Virus record (IMG/VR): IMGVR_UViG_3300044712_001255
Coordinates: 62,001-126,000 of that record
DNA length: 64,000 bases
Strand: one strand, 5' to 3'
Made by a program: the position numbers and the translations under genes
The notes under the pieces: model-generated
Told to the model about the DNA's origin: nothing
What the model saw: the letters and a program-made list of their open reading frames with translations, nothing else
Databases searched by the model: none
Shown here: positions 40,486-49,271 of the stretch, one piece after another
How the letters are laid out: each line of letters opens with the position of its first letter
Numbering within the stretch: position 1 is the first letter of the stretch

Positions 40486-40746
40486 ATGAAGACAAGAGGC
40501 GGATTTGTATCAAATTCATCAAGTTGTTCATTTGTTATCAGAGGCACAAAGTTGAATGCTACGCAACGTGCCGTTGTTGAGCATTATGAAGATGTGTTTA
40601 AGTCACATGAAGATGCTGATTGTTTGAATACGTGGCGCATGACGTATGACAATGGTGATTATCACTTTAGTACGTTCATAGACAACATTAAATTGCAAGA
40701 GCTGTTTCCTGAGATTGGAATTCCCGTGGAGGATGTTGCAGAATGA
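40486..40746 (+). CDS. Small conserved phage protein (KxRxGFVSNSSSCSF motif)
   Basis: Recurrent phage N-terminal motif; AAGGA RBS. Confidence 0.7.
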   Translation: MKTRGGFVSNSSSCSFVIRGTKLNATQRAVVEHYEDVFKSHEDADCLNTWRMTYDNGDYHFSTFIDNIKLQELFPEIGIPVEDVAE

Positions 40747-42173
40747 CTGAAGCTTCTACAAATTCAACTACGTTTGCGTCATATGGGAAAGTATTTCAAG
40801 AAAAAGTTCTCCAGTCGATGTTGATGGATCACATCTGGGCAGAGCAGTTGCTCGAGGTCATTCGCCCAGAATACTTTGAGTTGAAGTACTTGCAGTACCT
40901 TGCGCAGGCATACTTCAAATACGCAGTGAAGTACAAGGCATTCCCAACGCTTCAACTACTTGTGACGATCATTCGAGATGACCTGAAGCAGGGGTCTGAT
41001 AAGCTGCTTGCCGACCAGATCGTGGATTATTTGATGCGAGTGCGATCAAATCCAGATCCTGGTGACCTTGAGTTTGTCAAGGACAAGTCATTGGACTTTT
41101 GTCGAAAGCAGGCGCTGAAGGAGGCGATGGAGAAGTCTATCGACCTGATGCAGGATGAAAAGTATGAAACCATTGTTGATGTCATTAAGAAGGCAGTGAC
41201 TGTTGGCACAACGCCATCATTGGGACACGATTTTCTCGTAGATTACGAGCAGAGGTTTTTGACTGAGACGCGACATTGTGTCGCTACTGGAATTGTTGAG
41301 CTTGACGAAAAGGACATACTTGGTGGTGGTCTTGGCTCTGGTGAGCTTGGAATCGTCGTAGCAGCTACTGGCGTTGGTAAGTCACACTTGCTAGTAGACT
41401 TCGGCGCAGCTGCTCTTGTACGTGGTGTTAATGTCGTTCACTACACTCTCGAGTTGTCAGAAACTCAGGTTGCAAAACGATATGACAGTCGAATTTGCGA
41501 AGTAGATTTCAACGAAATTCCAGACAATAAGGAACACATCCTCAAGAAGTACGATTCATTGAAGGACTCAATGGGTAGACTTGTTGTGAAGCATTACCCA
41601 ACTGGTACTGCGTCCATATACACGCTGCGAGCTCACCTTGAGAGAGCGTCAACTCGTGGTTTTAAGCCTGGATTGATGATCATTGACTACGCAGATATCA
41701 TGCGTTCCTCGCGGCAATTTGATTCTTTGCGCCATGAGCTAAAATTGGTATATGAAGAGTTGCGTGGCCTTGCTGACGAGTTACGCATTCCAATTTGGTC
41801 TGCGTCGCAAAGCAATAAGGAAGGATCAAATAGCGATATTGTTGATTTGACAAACATGAGCGAAGCGTATGGTAAGGCGATGGTTGCTGACGTCGTCCTG
41901 TCAATTTCGCGCAAGCCGCAGGAAAAAGCTGCTGGACTGGGACGCTTTTACATGGCAAAGAACCGAGCGGGCCGTGACGGCATTGTTTGGCCTGTTCGCA
42001 TCAATACTGCTCAATCTCGCTTCACAGTTTTGGGCCAAGCGAATACTTTGGAAGATGAAAATCGAGACAACGAAGTGCAGATTAAAAACAACATTCGTAA
42101 GAAGTTGAAGGAGCTCGAAGATGACCCCTCTCTGCGCATCAAGGGCGCAGCGAAGGACGATGACGCAACTTGA
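40743..42173 (+). CDS. Replicative DNA helicase (DnaB / T4 gp41 family)
   Basis: AATGVGKS Walker A, YTLELSE, IIDYADIM, WSASQSN, KNRAGRDG. Confidence 0.93.
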   Translation: MTEASTNSTTFASYGKVFQEKVLQSMLMDHIWAEQLLEVIRPEYFELKYLQYLAQAYFKYAVKYKAFPTLQLLVTIIRDDLKQGSDKLLADQIVDYLMRVRSNPDPGDLEFVKDKSLDFCRKQALKEAMEKSIDLMQDEKYETIVDVIKKAVTVGTTPSLGHDFLVDYEQRFLTETRHCVATGIVELDEKDILGGGLGSGELGIVVAATGVGKSHLLVDFGAAALVRGVNVVHYTLELSETQVAKRYDSRICEVDFNEIPDNKEHILKKYDSLKDSMGRLVVKHYPTGTASIYTLRAHLERASTRGFKPGLMIIDYADIMRSSRQFDSLRHELKLVYEELRGLADELRIPIWSASQSNKEGSNSDIVDLTNMSEAYGKAMVADVVLSISRKPQEKAAGLGRFYMAKNRAGRDGIVWPVRINTAQSRFTVLGQANTLEDENRDNEVQIKNNIRKKLKELEDDPSLRIKGAAKDDDAT

Positions 42174-42250
42174 GCTTGGGCCTGATAGTTAAGAAAGCGC
42201 ACGATGCTCATGAACTTACGTGCAAAATTAGACAATTTTAGGAGAAACTG

Positions 42251-45200
42251 ATGCAGCGGACGTATAGCCGCGACGAGGTTCGAAAGGCCTCGCTCGCCTT
42301 TTTTTCTGGTGATGAACTTGCTACTGACGTCTATGTCAACAAATATGCGTTGAAAGACCATGAAGGAAACTACTATGAATTGTCCCCAGCGTATAGCGGG
42401 ATGCGCCTCGCAAAGGAATTTGCGAAGGCGGAGCTAAAGTACGCGAACCCAATGTCTGTAGAAGAAATCTACAGATTGTTGATGAATGTTGATACGCAAG
42501 AGCCACTTGAGGGTCTTGCGCTAGTGGAAGCAGCGTCAGGCTTTGGCCCAATAGTTCCACAAGGTTCTCCGCAATCTGCGATGGGCAACTTCTTACAGAT
42601 TCAATCATTGTCAAACTGCTTTGTGATTGATCCACCGCATGATTCTTATGGTGGCATTCTACACGCTGACCAGGAGCAGGCGCAAATAATGAAGCGTCGT
42701 GGAGGCGTGGGTATGGATCTTTCTACGATTCGTCCAAGGGGATTGCCTACGTCAAACGCTGCTATGACTACCGATGGTATCGGCGTGTTTATGCAACGTT
42801 TTTCGAATACATGTCGTGAAGTTGCGCAGGGCGGTCGTCGTGGCGCATTGATGTTGACTATTTCAATTAATCATCCTGAGATTGAGACGTTCATCAATAT
42901 CAAACGTGACAAGACGGCAGTGACGGGCGCAAACATATCAATTCGTTACACTGATGAATTCATGAGAGCTGTTGAGTCTGACTCAGAATACACGTTGCGA
43001 TGGCCGTGTGACGTGGACCCAGAAAATGCGAAGATAGTTCGAGTCGTTAGGGCTCGTGATATCTGGGACCAGGTGATCGATGCTGCCTGGTTCTCTGCCG
43101 AGCCAGGCGTTCTGTTTTGGGATGCTGCTCAGAAGTACACGCCCTCTGAGCGTTACGCATCAAAGGGATTTGCTGCAAAGTCAACCAATCCGTGCTTGAC
43201 GTACGATACAAAGCTTGCCGTTGCTGATGGTCGAGGGTATGTTGAAATTGGCGAATTAGCAAAAACCGGGTTTGATGTACCAGTCTACGCTGTAGATGAA
43301 TGTGGGAAGATTGTTGTTAAAATGATGCGCCACCCACGTTTGACAGGTGAAAAAATGCCTGTGTTTAAGGTGACTATCGAAGGAGGACACTCATTCAAGG
43401 CGACCGGTAATCATAAAATGATTATGCGTGATGGTACTCGAATTGAAGTGAAAGATCTTAAGACGGGCGATCAGCTTTGGTCAGGATTTAGAGCTAGTGG
43501 AAAATTTCATGAAGCCATAAAGGGATTACGTGCAACACAATCGCAAGACTATTATTGGATTAACGATTGTGAAAATGCGTCAAAACACTGGAAATCAGAA
43601 CATCGATTGATATGGGAATATCACAATCAAAGATCGTTGGAACAACATGAAGTAATTCATCACATTGACTTCAATGCACAAAACAATCATATTGACAACC
43701 TTCGTTGCATGTTGAAAGAAGATCATGACGCCTTACATACTGAACGTATGTGTGGAAACAACAATCCTATCTTTAAAATCAAGGCAAATCCTGTAAGATT
43801 TGCTGAATATTCTAAAACGTTAAGTGATGCAGTAAGCGGGTTGAATAATCCAATGGCGTATGCTGTGTCATCTACAGACGTCTATGCAGCAATTCTATCA
43901 TTAACAAAGCGATTGAATCGTCGACCGAGTTTGATAGAGTGGCAAAATGAAGCAAAGCAACTTGGAATGCCAATTAATTTGACAAAATTTCGTTGTAATG
44001 AGTTGGGTGGGTCATTTGCTGAACTTTGCCGTCGAGCCGCTACAGAGGTCGGTGTGTCAAATCCAGACGTCGACCCCAGAATGCAGAGAACATTGTGTGA
44101 AGCTGAGGCGATGGGATACATCGCAGATGTTATTGACAATGACGTTTATGTTGAAAGAACGTGTGAATGGTGCAAACAAGAATTTTTGTCACGTTTCTCT
44201 AGGAGAGAAATCGCATTTTGTTCACATTCTTGTTCAAATTTACATGCAAATCGCATCGCTGGAAAGAATACTAAAAGAACAGCGACTCTTCAAAAAATTC
44301 ATGCGAAGAAATCTGAAGAAACACGAAAAAAGATTTTAGACAAGTATACAAGCTTACGCTTTGAATTGGGACGTATGCCAAATCAGCCAGAACTTGTTCA
44401 GGCGTGTCGATCAAGTAACATACCATTTCGTTATGGATTGAAGAATGGGTTTAAAGATTGGCAAGATGTCACTCAAACTGCTCAATTGCACAATCATCGA
44501 ATTGTGTCTGTTGAGCCATGTGGATTTGAAGATGTCTATAACGGGACAGTTGATGATGAACATACATTGTGTATCGCCGTGGGTGATGAAAAGATAGAGC
44601 GTTTTGCAAAAAATGTAATGATATTATTGGGTTGCACACAATGCGGCGAAATTGTGTTATCTGCCTACGATAGTTGTCGTTTGCAGGTAGTTGATCTGCG
44701 TTGGTTCGTAAAGAACAAGTGGATGCCAGACGCAAAGTTTGATTTTGCGTATTTTGACAAGACTGTTCAAATCGCACAGCGATTGATGGACGATCTTGTG
44801 GACCTTGAAATTGAGGCAGTTGAACGCATCATCGCAAAGATAAACGCAGATCCAGAACCTGAATACATCAAGGCTCAGGAATTGTCGTTGTGGTCGAAGA
44901 TCAAAAACGCCGCTGCGCAAGGCCGCCGTACTGGTCTTGGTATCACTGCGCTCGGTGATACGCTTGCGATGTTGGGATTGAAGTATGGTTCACCCGAGTC
45001 GATCGCAATGACAGACGCGATTTACAGGGCACTTGCGCTTGCGTCATACAGATCGTCAGTGAAGATGGCGCAAGATCGTGGCGCGTTTCCAGCGTATGAC
45101 TATGAGCTAGAGAAGGATGATGAGTTCATCAATCGTATCATGAATTTGGACGATGATCTGCGCGCAGATTGGAAGAAGTTTGGGCGTCGTAACATCGCAA

Positions 45201-46441
45201 ATACGACTACCGCTCCAGTAGGCAGCATGTCAACGCAGCTTGCGTCAACGTCAGGTATTGAAAATGTGCCAGGACTAAAGTCGAAGCGTCGTAGGAAGAT
45301 TAATCCAAGCGATCCAGATGCACGCGTTGATTACACAGATGCATTGGGCGATAAGTGGCAATGGTACGATGTGCATCACAGAGGCCTACAACAGTGGATT
45401 GATGCAACTGGTGAGACAGACATCACAAAGTCTCCGTATTGGGGAACTACGATCAATGATGTTGATTGGGTGTCTGGCGTAAAGCTTCAGGCAGCTGCAC
45501 AGAAGTGGGTGTGCCACTCAATCTCTCGAACAGCGAATTTGCCCAAGGACGCTACTCATGAGCTCGTATCGCAGGTGTACTTAGAAGCCTGGCGCCACGG
45601 CTGCAAGGGCTTCACGGTGTATCGAGATGGCTCACGAGCAAATGTTCTGCTTGTTGGTGAAGAAGCCAAGGTATGGTTTGAAGGAATTCCTGACGATGAA
45701 CTGGTCGTCATGTTGAAGATCGCAGATCGATTCAAGCAACACATGCCTGACAAGTACCTGCAGACCGTTGAAGAGGCGAAGGTCGAGTTGCAAAGGCGTC
45801 AGCATGTTTCTGAAAGCCTACATGCTAACATGATTGATGACATCATCCCAACGTGGGTTCAGGCGTCATCTCAGGGACAGTTGAGCGCACCACGACGCCC
45901 CAAGCGTTTGCCTTGTCACATTCATCGTGTGAAGGTGATGGTGAACGGAGAAAGCGAAACGTATCTTGCGTTGGTAGGTCTCATGGAAGACAAACCATAC
46001 GAAATTTTCTGTGGGTTGTCAAAGCACGTTGATTTACCACGAAAGTTTGATAAGGGAACGTTGGTGAAGAATGGACGTAAAAAGCCAGGCAACATCGCAA
46101 CGTATAACCTCATCATTCCAACTGACGATGGTGAAGAGATTGTTTTCAAGGATGTAGTTGAACTGTTCGACAATCCAAATTACGGCTCTTTCTCTCGGGT
46201 GTTGTCGCTCGTATTGCGTCATCAAATTCCATTGCACTTCCTCGTTGAGCAGCTGCAGAAGGACAAGTACAGCGATATCTCTTCATGGGCTCGAGCAATT
46301 GCAAGAGTTTTGAAGCAGTACATTCCTGATGGCACGAAGGCTTCACTTGATAAGGTGTGCCCACAGTGCAATTCGGATTCGCTCATTTACCAAAGTGGAT
46401 GCCCGTCTTGCTCGAGTTGTGGGTGGACGAAGTGTGCGTAA
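42251..46441 (+). CDS. nrdJ: Class II (adenosylcobalamin-dependent) ribonucleotide reductase with an intein; C-terminal TSCPD-like and Zn-ribbon regions
   Basis: LSNC, RRGGVGMDLSTIRP, QGGRRGALM, TNP|CGE finger loop split by an intein, RRTGLG, TTAPVGS, SISRTANL, GCKGFTVYRDGSR; C-terminal CPQC..GCPSCSSCGWTKC. Confidence 0.9.
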   Translation: MQRTYSRDEVRKASLAFFSGDELATDVYVNKYALKDHEGNYYELSPAYSGMRLAKEFAKAELKYANPMSVEEIYRLLMNVDTQEPLEGLALVEAASGFGPIVPQGSPQSAMGNFLQIQSLSNCFVIDPPHDSYGGILHADQEQAQIMKRRGGVGMDLSTIRPRGLPTSNAAMTTDGIGVFMQRFSNTCREVAQGGRRGALMLTISINHPEIETFINIKRDKTAVTGANISIRYTDEFMRAVESDSEYTLRWPCDVDPENAKIVRVVRARDIWDQVIDAAWFSAEPGVLFWDAAQKYTPSERYASKGFAAKSTNPCLTYDTKLAVADGRGYVEIGELAKTGFDVPVYAVDECGKIVVKMMRHPRLTGEKMPVFKVTIEGGHSFKATGNHKMIMRDGTRIEVKDLKTGDQLWSGFRASGKFHEAIKGLRATQSQDYYWINDCENASKHWKSEHRLIWEYHNQRSLEQHEVIHHIDFNAQNNHIDNLRCMLKEDHDALHTERMCGNNNPIFKIKANPVRFAEYSKTLSDAVSGLNNPMAYAVSSTDVYAAILSLTKRLNRRPSLIEWQNEAKQLGMPINLTKFRCNELGGSFAELCRRAATEVGVSNPDVDPRMQRTLCEAEAMGYIADVIDNDVYVERTCEWCKQEFLSRFSRREIAFCSHSCSNLHANRIAGKNTKRTATLQKIHAKKSEETRKKILDKYTSLRFELGRMPNQPELVQACRSSNIPFRYGLKNGFKDWQDVTQTAQLHNHRIVSVEPCGFEDVYNGTVDDEHTLCIAVGDEKIERFAKNVMILLGCTQCGEIVLSAYDSCRLQVVDLRWFVKNKWMPDAKFDFAYFDKTVQIAQRLMDDLVDLEIEAVERIIAKINADPEPEYIKAQELSLWSKIKNAAAQGRRTGLGITALGDTLAMLGLKYGSPESIAMTDAIYRALALASYRSSVKMAQDRGAFPAYDYELEKDDEFINRIMNLDDDLRADWKKFGRRNIANTTTAPVGSMSTQLASTSGIENVPGLKSKRRRKINPSDPDARVDYTDALGDKWQWYDVHHRGLQQWIDATGETDITKSPYWGTTINDVDWVSGVKLQAAAQKWVCHSISRTANLPKDATHELVSQVYLEAWRHGCKGFTVYRDGSRANVLLVGEEAKVWFEGIPDDELVVMLKIADRFKQHMPDKYLQTVEEAKVELQRRQHVSESLHANMIDDIIPTWVQASSQGQLSAPRRPKRLPCHIHRVKVMVNGESETYLALVGLMEDKPYEIFCGLSKHVDLPRKFDKGTLVKNGRKKPGNIATYNLIIPTDDGEEIVFKDVVELFDNPNYGSFSRVLSLVLRHQIPLHFLVEQLQKDKYSDISSWARAIARVLKQYIPDGTKASLDKVCPQCNSDSLIYQSGCPSCSSCGWTKCA
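43193..44641 (+). mobile_element. Intein (483 aa) with an HNH endonuclease, inserted between Pro and the catalytic Cys of RNR NPCGE
   Basis: Begins CLTYDTKL (block A); block B ATGNHKMI; HNH EHRLIW..HHIDFN..NN..NL; block F VSVEPCGFEDVYNGTVDDEHT; ends TQ before Cys-Gly-Glu. Confidence 0.9.
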
Positions 46442-46453
46442 TATTTACAAGCC

Positions 46454-46744
46454 ATGAAGCACAAACAAAAGATGATTCGCGTCACAGCGAAACAACTGCG
46501 TGAGATGATCTTACGCGAAGAGGTGCTTCGTGGCATCCCTGATTTTGTTCTTGTTGACGAAATCTCAAAAATGGTAGAAGCAATGCGAAATGCATTGTTG
46601 AAGTACGCAGAGGAAGAGAAAGCTGGCGACGAGAAGACTATCAATGACACAATAGCGCACATCGATGAATTTGTTCAAGAAGTGTCTGTTGGTTGTAAGG
46701 CAGTGCTTGAAGAGAAGCTCTCTGATTTGATACAGAAATTGTAA
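46454..46744 (+). CDS. Hypothetical protein, putative internal head protein (LREMILREE)
   Basis: TATTTA motif 6 nt upstream; 96 aa. Confidence 0.65.
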   Translation: MKHKQKMIRVTAKQLREMILREEVLRGIPDFVLVDEISKMVEAMRNALLKYAEEEKAGDEKTINDTIAHIDEFVQEVSVGCKAVLEEKLSDLIQKL

Positions 46745-46781
46745 CACTGAACATTACCATCTTGTGTGTTACAGTTGAGAC

Positions 46782-47456
46782 ATGCAAGATGGTTTGCCAA
46801 TTGGGTGTGACAATACTGTAGAACTTTTAGGCGTGTACGGCGGAGATGATTCTCATGCCTTGAGCGCGTGGACATCGACGTCTCGAGAGCTTAGCGACAC
46901 AAAGCGTCAACGCATTCCTGCGTTGTTGAAGATGCTGGCTGATAATGGCCATCACACGCCTTTCGAGAAGAGCTCAATTCATTTTCTGGTATCCACTGAG
47001 ATTGCTTCTCATGTGCATTTAATTAAACACCGCATCGGTGTTTCAGTCAATGCGGAATCTGCGCGCTACAAAGAATTGCTGGATGACAAGTACTACATCC
47101 CCAACGATTGGCATGCAAAAGAAGTTGAGGAGTACGTTGCGTTTATGCATATTGCATTTGCAAAGTATCACGAAGTCCTTGAACGTTTGGTTGCTCGTGG
47201 AGTGCCTCGTGGTCGAGCAAAGGAATCTGCAAGGTTTTATTTGCCTTACGGCAATCAAATCAAAAGTGATGTGATGTTCAATTTTAGAAGCTTCATGCAC
47301 TTTTGTGGATTACGATACTCGCTCCATGCGCAAAAAGAGATTCGAGACATTGCACGCAAGATGTTGCAATTTGTGCTTGACACAGGACAATTTAATCAAT
47401 CATTGCAAGCATTTGGGTATTTGAATGAAAATGGATCTCTACGAGATCCCACGTGA
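46782..47456 (+). CDS. thyX: Flavin-dependent thymidylate synthase
   Basis: GHHTPFEK, KHRIGVSVNAESARY, ESARFYLP, NFRSFMHF..LR..HAQKEIR. Confidence 0.93.
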   Translation: MQDGLPIGCDNTVELLGVYGGDDSHALSAWTSTSRELSDTKRQRIPALLKMLADNGHHTPFEKSSIHFLVSTEIASHVHLIKHRIGVSVNAESARYKELLDDKYYIPNDWHAKEVEEYVAFMHIAFAKYHEVLERLVARGVPRGRAKESARFYLPYGNQIKSDVMFNFRSFMHFCGLRYSLHAQKEIRDIARKMLQFVLDTGQFNQSLQAFGYLNENGSLRDPT

Positions 47457-47462
47457 GGACAA

Positions 47463-48074
47463 ATGAACGCAAAAACTCCGCACCAAAGAACTCAGCTAAT
47501 TGTCATTGATGGTCCTGACCGCGTAGGAAAAGAAACGCAGTCAAAAATGCTCACAGAACACTTACGAGCTCGTGGGTATAAGGTTGCGTTGATTGAGGTT
47601 CCATACCACGACGGTCTTACATATAATGTCATTTACTGGATGCTAAGAAATGGTTTGGCAAAGCAGTGGAAGAACACTTTTCAGGCAGTACACTTTTTGA
47701 ACAAGTGGGTTTTTCAGACATTTGCGCTCAAGCGACTTGAGTGGGACTATGATTTTGTGATCATGGACCGCTGGCAGCTATCTTCAGAGGTTTATGGAGA
47801 AGCAACCGGCATAGATCAACATGCCAATGATTTTCTTGGACAGTTTTTGACTCGAGTTGATGTAACGTTTGTCTTGCTGGGACCTGCGTGGGCAAAAGAA
47901 GGACGTGACGTCTACGAAAAGGACAAAAAGCTGCAGGATGAAGTTCGACGTCTCTACAAAGAAAAAGCATCACAGGACGCAAGCCTCGTTGAGATCGCGG
48001 CAAATCAGTCAGCACAAGATGTGCATGACATCATCACCGGGTATCTTTTGCTCACAAAAAGAATAACTGAGTGA
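47463..48074 (+). CDS. tmk: Thymidylate kinase
   Basis: IDGPDRVGKETQ P-loop, MDRWQLS..VYG, RDVYE. Confidence 0.85.
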   Translation: MNAKTPHQRTQLIVIDGPDRVGKETQSKMLTEHLRARGYKVALIEVPYHDGLTYNVIYWMLRNGLAKQWKNTFQAVHFLNKWVFQTFALKRLEWDYDFVIMDRWQLSSEVYGEATGIDQHANDFLGQFLTRVDVTFVLLGPAWAKEGRDVYEKDKKLQDEVRRLYKEKASQDASLVEIAANQSAQDVHDIITGYLLLTKRITE

Positions 48075-48116
48075 TGTAATCCGAAACGTATTTCAATAAG
48101 CGATGTAGAATGCTGA

Positions 48117-48425
48117 ATGGAGGCTATCCGAAAGATGTCAACGAATAAGAAGTTTAAGATTGGTGATGGAGTTTGGCACCGCGTTGTGCAGATCGTGCAA
48201 GAGGCAATGCTGATGGGCGTAGATTGTGTAGATCTTATGCGTCAGGTTGAGGTGTGTGAAGATCCTGAGAACGCTGGCGAGCTTGCTCTTACGCCAGAGT
48301 ATGCAAATCAAGTTGAAAAGATGCACGCAGCATGGTTGGTAAAGGCTGAGCAGTTGCAGAAGGAACTTGAAGTTGCTGGTGATGTTTCTACAGCAAAGAT
48401 CAATTTTGATTCTGGCGTTAATTGA
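48117..48425 (+). CDS. Conserved hypothetical phage protein
   Basis: 102 aa; TAGAAT 5 nt upstream of the ATG. Confidence 0.65.
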   Translation: MEAIRKMSTNKKFKIGDGVWHRVVQIVQEAMLMGVDCVDLMRQVEVCEDPENAGELALTPEYANQVEKMHAAWLVKAEQLQKELEVAGDVSTAKINFDSGVN

Positions 48426-48437
48426 GAGATCTTCAAT

Positions 48438-48812
48438 ATGTCGCAGCAAGACAATTGGCACACCATGTGGGAACAGCAAGAGCGTTTTATGCGCCTCTTG
48501 CAAAATGAACGTGGGTTTCCGTCATTCCCAGTTGACATAGAGGCAAAAGCTGGTCAACGAATCATCAAAGAAATGGCGTATGAATGCGTTCAAGAGTTGA
48601 TAGAAGCAATTCAGCTTTTGAAAAATTCAAAATCGCACAGGATTACTGATGTACCTGAGATCAATCGTGCCCATTATCTTGAAGAGATCGCAGACGTTTT
48701 TCATTATCTCATAGAGGTTGCAATACTTTCTGGATTGTCTCGTGAAGAGGTATTGGAAGCATACCTTGCAAAGGGCGAGAAAAACGCCAAGCGCATCAAT
48801 GAAGGGTATTAA
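48438..48812 (+). CDS. All-alpha NTP pyrophosphohydrolase (MazG / dimeric dUTPase-like)
   Basis: ECVQELIEA..LKN.K.HR and EEIADVFHY..AY..K..N..R pattern. Confidence 0.75.
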   Translation: MSQQDNWHTMWEQQERFMRLLQNERGFPSFPVDIEAKAGQRIIKEMAYECVQELIEAIQLLKNSKSHRITDVPEINRAHYLEEIADVFHYLIEVAILSGLSREEVLEAYLAKGEKNAKRINEGY

Positions 48813-48887
48813 AAAGCGTTGAAGGGGGTGTACTTCTAACGAGCTGACATTATCATCTTTCTACCCTCACAAGGAAAGGAGAAACAG

Positions 48888-49199
48888 ATGATGTGGTACT
48901 TTGAAGAATACGCCCCAACAACACAATTGCCTTCTTACGTAAAGGACGATACGCTTTTTATTGACGTTGAAATTCCTGGCATTAAACGTGAAAATCTCAC
49001 TGTTTCAACTGAGAAAAGAAAAGTTGAACTGTCATGGAAACAAACGTCAAAGTCGGGAGCTGACGTTTCAGGTCGCAAGACGATTTTAGTGGGCAAGGAA
49101 TGGGACACTGATAAATTGACTGCACACCTTGAAGACGGCGTGCTCACCCTGTCAGCCCCTAGGGGCGCATCAACTCGTCGATCTGTGGCAGTTACTTAG
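48888..49199 (+). CDS. Small heat shock protein (Hsp20 / alpha-crystallin)
   Basis: VEIPGIKRENLTV..A.LEDGVLTL.AP; AAGGAG RBS. Confidence 0.85.
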   Translation: MMWYFEEYAPTTQLPSYVKDDTLFIDVEIPGIKRENLTVSTEKRKVELSWKQTSKSGADVSGRKTILVGKEWDTDKLTAHLEDGVLTLSAPRGASTRRSVAVT

Positions 49200-49227
49200 A
49201 GTCATTCATTGTTGGAAATGAGTAGAT

Positions 49228-49260
49228 CGAAGAGGGACACAATGTCCCTCTTCGTGTTTA
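49228..49260 (+). terminator. Intrinsic terminator after Hsp20
   Basis: CGAAGGGGGACA-CAA-TGTCCCTCTTCG stem, then TGTTTA. Confidence 0.7.
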
Positions 49261-49271
49261 TACTTACTTGC

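Noticed and set aside
42174-42250. Cobalamin riboswitch or NrdR box upstream of nrdJ
   Set aside because: The gap is only 77 nt, with no B12-box and no NrdR consensus.
33646-48812. 2-aminoadenine (Z) genome hypothesis (PolA + HD + MazG-like resemble DpoZ/DatZ/MazZ)
   Set aside because: There is no purZ in the window, and the HD protein looks YhaM-like. The idea cannot be supported without the rest of the genome.
48813-48887. CIRCE/ROSE heat-shock element upstream of Hsp20
   Set aside because: No CIRCE inverted repeat or ROSE-like SD-sequestering hairpin is recognisable.
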